Source of the DNA: Paragordius varius
Lineage: Eukaryota; Animalia; Nematomorpha
NCBI GenBank assembly: GCA_964247055.1
Contig: OZ176052.1
Location: 9,486,001 to 9,550,000, forward strand
Direction: 5' to 3'
DNA: 64,000 nt
The first letter of the stretch is position 1; every line of letters begins with the position of its first letter. Both the position numbers and the translations under genes were made by a program. Shown here piece after piece: positions 39,121 through 53,446 of the stretch. The notes under the pieces are model-generated. The model saw nothing but the letters and a program-made list of their open reading frames with translations. It did not search any database and was not told the origin of the DNA.

Positions 39121-41920
39121 ATGAAAATTTTTATCTTTGCGGCCGTTCTTTTCCAAGCTATTAAATTCGGTATACACTAAAATATTATGATGTAATTATT
39201 TTAATACTTAGGTTGGATGCAAGGAAATCCATTTTTAAATGGTTTGTTGTTTCAATTCCTACATAATTTTATTACTTTATATAAATAATTAAAGGGAAGC
39301 ACAGATCTGTGAGTATCCTGTACATTTATATGTCTCAATCAAAAGAGGTTATCAAAAAAACGTTCGTTAATTAGGAATAACAAAATATTTTTGCAAAAAA
39401 GATTATAGAGATACAAAATATGAAAAATATAATTTTGGTTCTCATACAATTGTTAATTAGTTAAAACAAAACAATTGTATAAGGAACAAAACGCTAATAG
39501 CGATGCTTGCATTCGGCTATGACATGTAATATTAATTTTAGCCATTATCTCTTATTAATTCAGCCCTGTAAAGCTTCTTTATTTGCTGCTCATTACTCTT
39601 GGTATTTTTTCTAACTTTCAACCAGTTTACCCAAGAAAAGAAAGCATATTAAATAAAAAAATGTAATTTAGTGGACCAAACCGAATTTTCATTGCGAATT
39701 ATTTTATTTATCTGGTGTGTCTTTCAACACTTTAATAACTATATATCAAGGTAAAATACTTTAGTTGAGTTTTAGAGAGACTGAATGATGGGCTTTTTAG
39801 ATCCAAAAAAATTGTGCCCCTTATAACTATAAAGGCCAAAAACTTTATTGCGTTAAACAACTGGTTATAGGAATTTTTTATGAAGTGCAAAGCTTGAAGT
39901 TTTTATCATATATTTATATATTTGGTACCTAAAGAAGTTTCTACCAAAGAAGCTTCATTGATTTTTTACTTTTTTAAAGAAATATCAAATATTTTGCAAA
40001 GCTTTGGTCAAAATTTATAAAATTAATTTATTATATGCTAAAACTTTTGTAACACTTCGTTGCGATTTTAAAAAAATCGCCCGTGCGTTCACTTTTTAAA
40101 ATTTATCAATTCATAAATTTAACCTTGCATTAAAATCCATAACCAATTTTAAAGCATTAAAATAAACGCCATGATATGCTAAATTTCATTTATACACGGC
40201 AACGAACTTTATATAGGATTAAAAGTACAATTAACGAATTCTATTTTAAGTAAAGGTAATATAATAGCATTGTGGCAAAACATTAATATTTGGTTATACC
40301 ACAAACATATTTATAAAAAAATCTTAATTGGTCAATCGGAGTTTTAACTTCATACCAATTTTGGTTAAAAAATACCTACACACCCAGCCGTTTGGCATAT
40401 CTCTTGGTTTCGGCATCTTTTACTTTTTTAGGGTGTTTAAAACATTTTTGGTAATTTAAATTTTCACATGTGTCAATTTTTGCATTTATGATTGCTGCAT
40501 TTTATTTAACATAATTGAAAAATATTTTTTTTTGAAACAGGTAAATGACGGGACTCCTCAAACAACATAAATGAGTTAATATAGACTAAATGGTTAAGCC
40601 GATATAAATATTTTCCTTATTGTTTATCGAATTAATAAATTTTATAATACCCAAATCATAAATAAATATTTGTTAAAGCACATCATGTTGAGAATTTCAT
40701 AGAATCAATTATCTCCGTTGAATTATTCAGAAAAATAATGCTTCCCTACTATTTGCTTAGAAAAACAACCACAATTATTAAATTAGATGAGGCACATCTT
40801 ATAATAAGCAAAAGGTATTTTTATACACATTATGAAGAAAAATCATGATACCAATTCAGACCAAGTGGCCAACTAAAACACCCTGCAAGGTGATAAAGCT
40901 AATAAAAAATAGCAATCTTATCCGCATTTTTGTAAAATTATATAATTCTAATACATTAATAACCAGAAATTTGTTGGTCTCAGTCAAAAATATGGTTTTG
41001 AATCGATTTGAAAAACATTTATTAAGGGTGAATGAGAGAGAAAGATTCATAGACGCTGCAAGGATAAACTAACAGAATCGTTGGAAAATATGGTGTTGGC
41101 GAAAAACGTTAGCGAACATAATTTATACATGGAATCATTTGAATAATTATAAAATTATTTATCATCATTTCTATGGCAAAAAAAGAGATTTATACAATAA
41201 ACAATTCAAATATTCGTTTTTTAAAGACATTCATTTTAGGTTAATTTATTTAAAAACATTAAACGTTTTTACAACCAAACTATAAATCTCATAAAGACCA
41301 TTATAACGATAGTGTCACAATATATATATAAATTTTACCTATAATTCATTAGCACTACCGTACATTTTGAGTTTTTTGTTTTAGGCACTCATATGATTTT
41401 AAAAATGTCATCAGCTTTAAAATTTGGTTTCCTAATATTATTTGTATTTTATAATAGGGTATAAACATTATCTGTGCCAAAGTTATCTAAATTTAATATT
41501 TATATTTTGTTAATTTTTGTTAATGGTCAATATTTTGCATCAGGCGCGCCTCAATATAAAGCAGAAGTCCTAAACGATTCCCTAGACCACTTTGGCGCCA
41601 TAACTAACGGAAGTCATGTTTTGGGATATTTGAGTGGATATCGGACAAACGATTCAGCTTTCTTTGCCATTTACAATTTCACTCTAAATGAGCCAAACGA
41701 TGCCATATACATGCTGGGTTCACTGAACGCATCTAGTTGTAATGGAAAACAACTTAATCCTTTACCATTGCATGATGTGAATATCTTTGTAATTACAGTT
41801 CGTCCAAATGAATTATATGATAAATTTGAGCGTTTTGAAATTTGTCGGGGTAACGTATCGTTAGGAAGAAACTATCCAACCCTAGAGATGTTTCGACACC
41901 TATTGGGACAAAGCAGCTAA
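39121..41920 (+). CDS. Small secreted orphan glycoprotein, about 151 aa
   Basis: Model 39121-39169, 39212-39241, 41544-41920, all phase 1. Hydrophobic start MKIFIFAAVLFQAIKFGWMQG (signal-peptide-like), then a 125-codon terminal exon with six N-x-S/T sequons (NDS, NGS, NDS, NFT, NAS, NVS) and two Cys. No family recognised, and the exon joining is inferred. Confidence 0.5.
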
Positions 41921-42027
41921 ACATTTTTATTATTATGTATAATAAATTTATTTCAATTTTACAATTTTGTTTATGCGACGTTTATAAATGTTGTAAAAAG
42001 TAGGCACACCTATATGATTTAAATTAT

Positions 42028-42439
42028 TTAATCAATGTTTAATGACGCTATAACACTATGCCCATTACAAACTTTAATCATTTGCGCATTGTTAAAAATC
42101 CATTCATTAACATCCATTATTATAATATTGGATAATAAAATTTGAAAAACGTTGTCTATTTTTTGAGCAGACCTAAACCCACATTGATTTGTTGTATTTG
42201 CTTCTAGTGTTAAATTCCGTTCAAATAAAACGTAAAATTCGGCGTTATCCCAAAATTATATGCGACAGATATATTGACCAAAGTCCAAAAGTAAGAATCA
42301 TTTATGTTTGTCGACAACAATGTTCCTATGCTAATATTTCCATCAGTTTCAAACATGGTACCGATTTTTCGGGGCAAAATCATTGTATAGTTATTAGGAG
42401 TTGAAATATTTGAGTGATGTTGTGAGGTTATCAACAAAT
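42028..42439 (-). pseudogene. Frameshifted terminal exon of a probable paralog of the 39121-41920 protein (pseudogene or consensus error)
   Basis: After a phase-1 acceptor at 42440, frame 1 reads ...GNISIGTLLSTNINDSYFWTLVNISVAYNF. A one-base-shifted frame continues WDNAEFYVLFERNLTLEANTTNQCG...MIKVCNGHSVIASLNID* (stop 42028-42030). This loosely parallels GSHVLGYLSGYRTNDSAFFAIYNF...NDAIYML...FEICRGNVSLG of the neighbour. Confidence 0.4.
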
Positions 42440-43375
42440 CTAAATAAAAAATTTTTCATAAAAGATCTAAGATGATGCTTTTTATTGAAAGATATTTTTT
42501 GATGTTAATATCTACATGTTGGCGATTTGAAGTAATCTGATAGGCATCGAACCTAAACAGTAGTGAAACTATTTTTTACCACATGCAGGATGCGCTCAAT
42601 TTTATTCAAATTAATAAAATTTTAAAATATCGGATAAAATTGTATATATTTATTGTCAACGTGAAAATTATATTAAACCGAAAACTCTGTAAAAACTCTG
42701 CTTGATCTGAATTTTTAATTCGATATTCCATAACTAATAAATTTTATTCTGAGTCAAGCGTTAGTTCTAGATTAAATGAATGCGGATAAGAAAAATTCGT
42801 GTGGCAAAAAAATTGTTGATTAAAATTATAATCTTTACCTAAAACAAAAAACTGATGGATTGATCTTCTTTTAAAGATGTAATGCGAATATCAAACAATG
42901 TGTCAAATTCCATTTACTATGAAATTGGTCACAACATCTACCATCATTTTGCTCTGGTAGTCATATAAGTTGGATACAACTGTTTTATTATTTGCCATCA
43001 CATTACCTCTTAAGGTAATTTTATATCCAAGAACGATTCGTAATTTGAAAATAAAAGTATTTAAGGTAATAAGCCCAAAAATATGCTTTCTTAAGCCGTT
43101 TAGGCACATTATTTTTTTTTTAAAAAAAAATGTAAAATTGTAACCCTCATCTCAAACTTTTTGCTTTTTTTATATTTTTTTTTAATCGCTAATGCAACAG
43201 GCTAATAAATGTATATTAATAAATTATTAATATTAACTTTAAGAAGCTTTTAGACTACATTTTACCAGCAAAAACATGTATTTTCTTTTAATATTCATTT
43301 CAATCGTGTTTAGAAGCAGTCCTAATTTTATAAATATTTTATTTTATTGGTAAAATCGCCAAGTTGAAAACTACA

Positions 43376-43883
43376 ATTTACACTTCAAGAGTGTCGAACA
43401 CATCAAGTTGGCCCTTAAACTTTTCAAGTTGGTCCTTTGAGTTTTTTTTTAGTTTTATTAATCAAATGGTGTATCTATTCATCTATTTTAATCTATTTCC
43501 TTTATTTAACATAGACTTTAAATCAATAGCAATTTTTAATCATTCAGAAACAGTATATCTTTATTATGTTTGTAAAAATATATGAATTAAAATAAGATTT
43601 TACATATTTAAAATGTAAGTTTTGTTATTACTTATTTTATTAAAAACATTTATTAGTTAATAATTTTGTTACATGAAAAAATAGACTGAAAAGTGGTTTT
43701 AAATAAAATTTATTTTTAAAGGAAATATATAATAAATTAAGAAGAAAAAATACAAAAATAAATGGAAAAATTATGGTTCAATCCAGACTTATAAAAGTCT
43801 AGGACCAACTTGAAATGTTGAAAGACCAACTTAAAATGTTCAAGGAATTTTAAATTGTTCAAGGACACTCTTGAAGTACAAAT
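43376..43883. mobile_element. MITE family E with 21-bp subterminal repeats
   Basis: TIR atttacacttcaagagtgtc / gacactcttgaagtacaaat with repeated aagttggtccttgaaca units. A second copy is at 58726-59324. Confidence 0.7.
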
Positions 43884-45637
43884 GTTATAATAAAATTATT
43901 TGCCTGTTGAATTAGCGATATAACAAAATTATATGAAATTATTAAGGCAAAAAAAGTTTCGGACGAGCTTTTTTTAATTTTTTAAAATAGATTTTATGAG
44001 GCACCTGCCTAAAAACTATAAAATAAATTTTTATAAAATAGGTCCAATACCTAATACATTTTAAAAATTGAAATTAAGATTCTCTAAAAATTACCCCAAA
44101 AAGCATAAATTGTTAAATTAATAATGTTCAATACATCATTACGGGTAACAAATTTAAATTGGTGGGAAATAACGTAAATCTTGCACTTAATACCTGGAAA
44201 CAAGAGCCAGAATAAATATAAATACATACTTAAGTTTGGATAAATAAATTTATAACGTTTATGTGCTTTTATATAATTAACATATATCTAAAATAAGATA
44301 TATATTAATGACAATTCCTTATCAAGTTAGTACATATTCAACAAAAATATATGCGTTCAAGGACATGCTTTATCTACAATACCTTTTATTAGAAATTCCT
44401 AAAATCATATGTGCGATAAGATAGTGTTTTACTTTTATATGCGTTTCGTTTAAATATTTATTATAAATTTTTAATTAACCTAACCGGTTATAAAATACCC
44501 TAGAGTGACCGCTTTTAAAATAGAATCAATTTTTTGAATTTCATCGTATATCCATGGACAATTGATTGAAACTTAAACCTTTTGGGGCAGTTTAAAATTC
44601 AGAGTGCAAATAAATATACATGCATATAAATACATATATATATGTATTTATATGTAACTTTATATTGTGACAAATTAAAAGCATGAAGTCTTTAGGTGGA
44701 TCCCACAAAAAATATATTACAAATGATAATTACCCCAAAATTTTAGCCGCCATTTTATTGAATTTTTTTAATAACTAAAGAACTTGTAAATAAAAATGTA
44801 TTATGATTAAAAATAAATTAAATTATATTTCAACTTTTGATTATATATTTACCAAGAAGCTTTAATAATTACTTAAAATCAGCTGTTTGTTTTGAGTGGA
44901 CAAAAATGACATCCAAATTTTGGACTCCTAACTTACCAAATTGTAAATAATAAAAGCGTCTTTTTTATATGTATGTTTGACAATCATTTTTCAGTGAAAC
45001 CTTTACCATTATATTTATATTACAAATTTAAAAAACTCTTTTCTCTCAATGCTGAATTTCATAAATTATATCAAAAGGGGATAATGTTTTGATTAAAATC
45101 TGTAAAATTTTTAATCAATATTATCGTTAATCACCAAAATGGGTATTTTTATTTAATTTCAATATTTATTTGAATCAATTCACTCACCCTTTTGTCGTTT
45201 TTGTTACTTTTATGGTTATTAATTATGTGACCTAAGAGCCCGTCTATCTTGGATATTATTATTATTTTTAATATTCTTTAACAACAGAATTAACGATCAG
45301 ATATTTTATGTATTTAATGATTTGGAATATTTACATGATTGAGATAATTTTTCGCTATCCTATAATATTTGTTCTTTAAATTTTTTCAATTTTCATTTTT
45401 CCCATAAAAGTACTTCAAAATTTATTTTAATTTCAACATTAAGGAATGTGTTCAATCAAACATCACAAAAGCTATATTGAAAAAATATTTATGACTAATA
45501 AAAATAAATAAATAAATAAATATGCTTGATACTTATATAATAATTAACAAAATTTTGAATTATTAAATAAAAATGCTTTATTGACTGTGGGTACTATTAT
45601 GATCCGTTAGTTAAAATTTCTGCTTAATTTTTTACAA

Positions 45638-48600
45638 TTAACAATTGCATGATGAGGAGGATTGTGGCAATAGTTTGGGTTGATCGGCTAGGCGGGTTCC
45701 GGCTATTCTTGACGATGCGTTTATCATGGAAGAAGGATCGTTTTCTAAACTTTCGGACATTTTGTCACAAATTATATCCACCAATCTTTCAAATACCTTA
45801 GATTTTTTTAAAAAATAATCAATATTGGCATTGGATAAAAGTGAACACGTATTATATAGAATTATTTAGTGTAATTTATAAATTGAGGGAGCAAATTGGA
45901 AAAGTGATAGACTTAATCTGCATATATTATAGCCCGTATTGGTATATGTTAATAAAATTTATCAAATTAATTTATATTCTTGTAATGCATATAGGGTTGT
46001 GTATTTGACTGCTTTTTCACAAAACTCCGGTCAGACCATGGTCATGGTCATGACCACTTTACCAATGTAAATACCATGCGATGTTGGATTATGAAATTAC
46101 TTCTGAATCTTCAAATACTCGCTTTTAATACTGGATATTTTAAATAAAATTTTTCCTGTTTGTTTTACACTTGCTTTGATCATTGAAATATTCAATTATA
46201 AAATGTTTTTTCATTTTATTAGTTCAAATATATGGAATAATTGAATATTTTATAAAAAGTTGGATTGTTTTCTTTTTCGAAATAACTGGATATGCTCAAA
46301 TGCTTATGTTTAAGGATGCTGTTTAACAATTTTAAATTGTTAAATAAGCAAATTTAAATATTTATATATTTTTTTAAAAAATATATAAAAAAAAACTTAC
46401 TATTTTTCTCCAAAAAAATTACCAGCAATTTTTCAAAAAACAGCTGAAATGACCATGGTCAAAAAATAAATAGTCACTGACCTGGTCATGACCCGGTCAA
46501 TTGACCGGGTCATGACTTGGTCAGCACAACCCTAAATGCATATAAACATATATTTAAATAGGCAATGAGCCTTACCATTGAAAACGAAAGGCTAAGAGTA
46601 TTATTTATAAAATGCGAAAAGAGGCTTTTACACGTTAACTCTGAAGATAGCAAACATTACATCATTTCAAAAAATATACATTAACTGTGAGTGATTTTAA
46701 TCAAAATTTATTGGTATAAAAAGCCTTTTCCTTTTACCGCTTTAACGTTTATATTTTCTTTGGCAGATGATTCGAAAAATTCCATTCCTAACTGGTCGGC
46801 TAATTGTTTCCCTCTTTCGGTTGAAACGACTCTTTCATCCTCCATGTCGCATTTATTGCCAACCAAGATGACCTGAGCATTGTCCCATGAATATGTTTTA
46901 ATTTGAGTTGACCTTATATTGTATTGATATACAGTAAAGTATGGTACAAGAAAGTTTTCGAATAATTGAGTAAATAAAATTAGTTCAAAAAAATATAGGA
47001 TAATGTTTCATCAGTTATGATATAAAGTTGTTAGGGTGATTGACTTTTACACTATGCGTGTTATGCTCGACCAATCGCAAAATTCTTCTAACTTTCATTC
47101 AAAACTGTCAACCCAGGGAGGTGAATGTTAAAACTTTCATAGCCTTACCTTTAGATAATGTGACCAGATAGGCTGTATTTCGCAGTACAGTACTGGGTTT
47201 TCAGAAAAAAGCTGCGCCTGTACTGCGCCCACTTTTGTACTGCTTTTGAAATGAAAAATACTATTTTATCCTTTTATTTATTCAAAAAAAATATTTTAGA
47301 ATTTAATATAGTACCCTCTTTAAAAAAAACCCACATAATTTGTAAAGAAATGGTTCATTTTGCGGTAAAAACTATAAATTTGGGTTTTGGATCGGTCAAA
47401 CCGCTTAGGATTGCAGCCTTTCGCGCAGTGGCGAAACTATAAATCGCGGACTCAACCGTAAGATAGGCTAATGGCTCTTTGCTTCCGCAAAAAGAGGTGC
47501 CTCAAAATTTAAATTAGCAAAATTAATTTATGATATTTTAATAAATGTTCGATCAGGTTTAGAAAGTTTTTTTGTTATAATATCAAACGGAAAATTGTTA
47601 TTCCCGTAACATATTATATAAAATTTATTATATATGGCATATGATTACGAAATAACTTTTTTTCGTATTTAAAAAATTAATAGTTTTTACGTCTATACTC
47701 ATTAGGTGGGAGTTATAATATTCTTTTTTTTCCTAAACTTTCATTTTTAATTTCTTATTTTTTTGAATAAATAAATTCGAGATGTTTTATTGAAGCGTAC
47801 TTCAAACTATTTTGAAGCATGATCGAATAGGTATAACGCTTTAAGATATAATAAAAACTAATTTCTAAATAATTCGATGATGTTGAACATTACTATAGGT
47901 AAAGAATTTTAATTTAAAGGTTCGTTTGCTTGCAAATTTTGGAGAATTTTTGTAAAAAGACAATTTTTATTTAACATTAATTTGAAAACTAACGAGTATT
48001 TTAACTGAATGAGAAAAATGTTTAGCATTATAATCATATATATAAATGGTATAACATCTCAACCGTTTATATCGTTTCCATCATGCTCAAAATAGGAAGT
48101 GCGCTTCAACAAAATTTTACTAAAATTAAATTTTGAAAGTATGCATTTTTTAAAAAATATATTTAGCCGATATCAAAATTTTGCATATATTTAAAATTAT
48201 TGCAGAATGTCGGAATTTTTGCGTTTTTAATACAGTCCATTTTAAAAGAGCCAAAAAAATTTGGACTTTCAGAACCCACATCTAAAAATTTAAAATTTTT
48301 AAAAATATTGTTTTGCTTTTTATATGTAGTTTATGTTATATTTTAGTGATATCTTTTGAAAAAAGGCATTTAACTTCACCAAAACATATATTTGAAAAAA
48401 TTACGCACCTTTTGCAATTTTATACGGAGCACTTGTCACAAAAGTGTAAAAAACTTTCTTTGATAACTCGTAAAAGTTAACGAAAAACACCATGATAATC
48501 CTGATATTATTCGTATCAGAATATATATATTTCAAGGATATTTTTTTGTGGAAACTGTATAATATACCACACCGATGTTGTAAAATCAGGCAAAGTATGT

Positions 48601-51600
48601 TTTAATTTTGTACTGCGTCAAAGTTTAAAATATCTGGTCACATTACCTTTAGAGAAATAAATATGTTTTATACGCTAACAAAACTTTTTCCTAATTTTTA
48701 TATACGTATTCCTACATATTACTAATAGTAACCTATAATATTTAAAACATAATAACTAAATATGGGTGTTAGTAACCACTAGCATGTTATTGGATATAAA
48801 TTTATTTTATTGATTACAGATATCGTTTACATTGTGAATATATACAACAAGTACGATTTCAAAAGTCCTTGAATTAATAAGTTTAAATGCCAACCATATC
48901 ATTTTTAAGCACAGTAAAAATCAAATTTATTAATTAAAAATATAAGTTATACGAAATAACCTTAACGGTATAATCGCTTGTAAAATAAGATTTATGTAGT
49001 ATAGTAGATAACTTTAACATAGTCTGTGATATATTCAAGTTAATAAATGCTCGATTTCAAAAGCTTTAGACCGGAAAAATTGGTTATTATGATGGTAATA
49101 ATAAATGATGTATCGAGTTTATCAAATAATATTATTAAACTTATAAATTGTCAAATAAGGTAAAAACTCTCACGAATTAAAGTTTTTATCTATGTCAGAG
49201 GCATAGCTAGGGGGAAGGAAAGAGGGGCTGGGGCACCGGGCGCCATAGTAGAAGGGGTGCCGGATTCAAAAAAATTATAATTTTAAATCATGAAATAGGT
49301 ATTTAAAAGTTATTATTTAATACATAATCACCTTTTTATGTGCGCGGTTTGAATTTGATTATTTTTCTAAAATGCAAGGGGTTGCATGTATGGGGAGGGT
49401 ATATTTTGAAAAGTTAAATAGTATAAATAAGTAAAGTAATGTAGGATCAAATTTATGTGTTTAAATGAAGTTAAAGATATTTAAACATAGCACACAATTT
49501 TTCTAGCAACTTTCATATAAATTGGGTAGCTGATTACCTCAGGCCAACTTTCGATAGATATGTACTATTAAATATTACGGTCCCAAATTACATTGATTAT
49601 ATCTCAATAAAGGTAAAAATATTTACATAAATTTAGATGAGAAAAAAAAGTTCCATATTATGAAACTGTTTTGGCGCGATTTTCAAGTAATTTCTTTATT
49701 AAAGACATTGAGCAATAATTAAGAGAGACAAATTTACAAATATGGTTAAACAATACCTATATTCTTAGCTCATAAACTCATTTAATGCTGTATATATAAA
49801 TATTTGCCTTAAAAAGAAATATCAAGCCATTTTGGATAAATTTTTTCGGTGCAACAATGTTACATTCAACTTAGAATTAGATTCAAAACATTCAAAATTC
49901 AATTTCAAAAAAGAACCCCATTTTAATAAAGAACATGGAGATGTATGTAATTTGTAGTTAAATTTACAAAAAATACACAATATTTTAATGATATTCCCAC
50001 AAACCTTTTTTTAAAAACTATATATTAATTTATATTTGATGAGTCGAACTATAAAAAACGATTCTTTCCATTTACACATATAATTGCAAAAACATGTTGA
50101 TATTCTATATATAACTTAAATTTTACCAATCTTGGACACTGTTAAATGATTCTTCATTGCTTATATCATACATTAATATGAACCCCATAGCACCTCTATA
50201 ATAGGCAGTTGTAATTGTTCGGTATCGTTCTTGTCCAGCGGTATCCTTTTATTAATAGATAAACATTAAATATAATCGGACCAAATATTTTAAAATACAT
50301 CTTTCAGTATTCTGAAAACGTTCAAAATTTTATAACCCTAAATGAAACTTGATAATATTTATGCTCCAACTTTAATTATTTTTAGCTTTTTATATGTTAA
50401 GGACCTTAAGACTTTTGGCATAATTGATTATTATCGAATAAAATTAATCATATCTAAAAAAAAATACAAAGTCTGGCTTTAAATTTAAAAATATAGAGTT
50501 TTTCTCGTTTTAAAATTGCACACGGGATTCGTAATCAACTTTAAATATTAATTAAAATGCAATGAGTTATAAGTTATACTCAATTTAAAAAATATTAAAC
50601 ATTTGAAAATTGGATTTAAAAAGTATCTAATAGGTTTTTTATATTTTATATGAACTCTAACTAAATTCTGCAAATTATCTCTAGATGAAAACACTGCTCA
50701 ACAAGGTTTTGCACCACCTTATTATTTTTGCATTTTCTGATACCTAATGGCATGCATAGGCCAAAACAAAAAAGAAAATTGAGGCCAGCAATAGGATTTT
50801 TCTAAAATTTAATTTTTAAATTTGTATTTAATTCAAAAATAACAATCATTCCTCGTGTACATATATTTAAATATTCAAACAAGCAAGTCGATACAAGTAA
50901 TTTATCATGCACAAATTCTAGGCATTAAATAAGATACTAAACAAGCTAAGAGCCAAAGTATTAAAAATCTAAAAGGGCTTAGTATAGTGTGATAGATCCA
51001 GGCGGCTGCACAAGCTCTGCATATCCCCCAAGCGATCCTATAATTATGCCAGATGTGGCAAAGATAACAATAAGTAATCGTAAAGTCCGATAAGAGAGAC
51101 TTGCAAGCAAAATCCAGGCAAATTGACATGTCAAATTAACCAATTTACAGAATAAAGTTAGATAAATACAATTAAATTGAATATAAATTAGGTAAATACA
51201 AATGGTCCAACCCCATAACAGTAAATTCTACTAAAAGTGGCTAGACAACATCCATCTGAAATTCAAAATACAAAACAACCAATAATTTTAAAAAAATAAG
51301 GTATATCCACTAGGTATAAATAAAGGATTTTTTATAAGAACCAACTCAAGAGAAAAAGTCTAATAAGTACTCGAAAGAACGAAAACTAACAAAAAAAATA
51401 TAGCCTATCTGAAAGCTGAAGGTTTAAACCATAGAATGCCTTTTTTAGTATTTTTTTAAAAAAATTTTATAGGTGTTAAAAATTCACTTGAAAAAAAAAG
51501 ACTAAATTTTGACGTTTAAGTCCGTACTATTTTTTTCTCTCTGATATTTAAATGACATATATTCAAAAGATAGAGTTTAAAACGCTTTATTAAATGATAT

Positions 51601-53446
51601 TAAGTTTATAATATAATAACATTTTATTATAAAGTTATATTTAATTTTCTCTCAATTTTCACTTGTTTTTGAAATATTGAAAAACCTATAAAATTTCAAA
51701 ATTCTGATTGGCGGGATCAAAATTTTTTTTAAATTCGGTTTTAAAACACTGAAATTAGTCATAATTTAAAAAGTTTGAGTGGTGGTGCTTAAAAATGTCC
51801 AAATTTGTCGACTAGTGAAAGCCAGGTTATACATATTATTGACATGAAGCGCCAAACATTATTATGAATAAGCAGGCTCAAAATTAAATCAGTTTTATTA
51901 TTCGTTTTGAAGAAAAGGGGAAAAATTTATTTTTCAAAAAAGACCTATAAAGGTAGTTTCGTAAGCATCCCACAAAAAGGGTTCTTTTTGAGAAATAAAA
52001 TTTATTCCATAATAGGTTATGGATATATTTCTATCCATAAGTTATTATCGACACCGTATGACAGTTGCAAAAAATTTAAATTCAAAGGCGCCAATTTTTA
52101 ACGGCAAAGAGTATGTTTTATAAGTTCCCTTGTTAGGTGATCAACCAGTCTTGAAACAATTAATTATATTAAAGTATTTTTTATCTTTATCATCGGTATA
52201 AACCACATTTTCCAAAAATATTCCCGATATATTATAATATCATAATTTGTAGCAGCCTCGTTGTTAACAATTTAAAGCAGGGGTGTCCGACACAAATGGC
52301 TTCATGGGCCGCATTTTGGGTCAAAAAAACCGACGGGCCACATTTGCAAAATATATTGGAATTAACAAATTTTTTATTAGATTTTAAATATGAAATTGTA
52401 AAAACTACTATTTATTTTAAAAATTTTCGATAGTTCATTGCCAAAATTATGGAAGACTATTAAAAAATATGTTTAAGAAATTATTTATGCTTAGATTTTG
52501 TTACACTTTGTTATTAAATTTTCTCGCGGGCGGCGTATAATATGGAGGGTGGCATGTTGAACACAAGCTTACAAGGTAAAGGAATGAAATGACATAAACA
52601 ATTTGTGAAATTACTCTATTTTATGAGCTCATTTTTTATATTAAGGTGTTTTAAATTATATAATTATTATATTATTATATAAATAATATGAGAAACATAT
52701 GATTAACCCGTTTGTGAGATGGTGAAATAAAATATAATTTTAAGTGATATATAACCAAAATACTAGAATATTTATACTTTTTTTCTAAATAAACTGAATA
52801 AATTAGGCATTTTTAAACAAAAACTGATATCTGACCCAAATTTGTATTTTATCCACACACAATTTTGCAAAATATATCTGCTTTTATCAAAAATATTTTG
52901 ATTTTACGCTTTACTTTCAAAATTTTGAAGTTTATAGAAACAAAAATTTGGCCATTTTGAATCATAAATGCTCAAAAACAGCTAATTCCTTAAAATTTTT
53001 TCTGCCTCTATTCCTCATATGGAAACTCGACCACTATTTTTTTGAATACTATAAGCAAAAAGAATTTATTTTTATGAAAAATTCAAATAATTAAATCTAA
53101 AGATTAGAATTTTAAACTATACCCAAAATCTAAAAACTTTAGGCTAAATTTTAGGTTTAACCTGCGTATTCATGTTTAAAATGATGTAAAATAACACTAT
53201 TAATTAAGCTAAATGAATTACCCAGATTTGGAGTTTAATACGTTTGTCATGTCGGAATATAGTTTTAACTTTAAAATCAATACCGACCGTTGATACGAAG
53301 GCCGATGTGAAGGAATCATCAGCATAGCGGAATAAAAAAGATGTCTTTCCCACGCTACTATTACCAATAATTAAAATTTTAAACATATAATCAAAATTTT
53401 GATCAGCCGCGTCCTTTTGCCACCGATTTTCATTTCCATGGGCCAT
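45638..53446 (-). CDS. RAB3: Ras-related protein Rab3, 225 aa
   Basis: Exons 53222-53446, 50127-50245, 46738-46912, 45638-45796. Contains [42 protein letters not shown] and ESSAK motifs and a C-terminal CNC prenylation motif. Confidence 0.97.
45992..46534. mobile_element. hAT-family non-autonomous element with an 8-bp TSD in the last Rab3 intron
   Basis: TIR TAGGGTTGTG...CACAACCCTA with a perfect 8-bp duplication AATGCATA at 45984-45991 and 46535-46542. It contains many tgacca/tggtca motifs and a long subterminal palindrome. Confidence 0.88.
52278..52568. mobile_element. hAT (Charlie-like) MITE family C
   Basis: Left end caggggtgtccgacacaaatggcttcatgggccgca is close to the reverse complement of the right end at about 58468-58503. 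A third copy is at about 60116-60352. Confidence 0.65.

Noticed and set aside
50905-51129. Hydrophobic 74-aa ORF in a Rab3 intron (also ORFs at 40845 and 42903)
   Set aside because: No recognisable family, no convincing splice context, and compatible with decayed repeat sequence.
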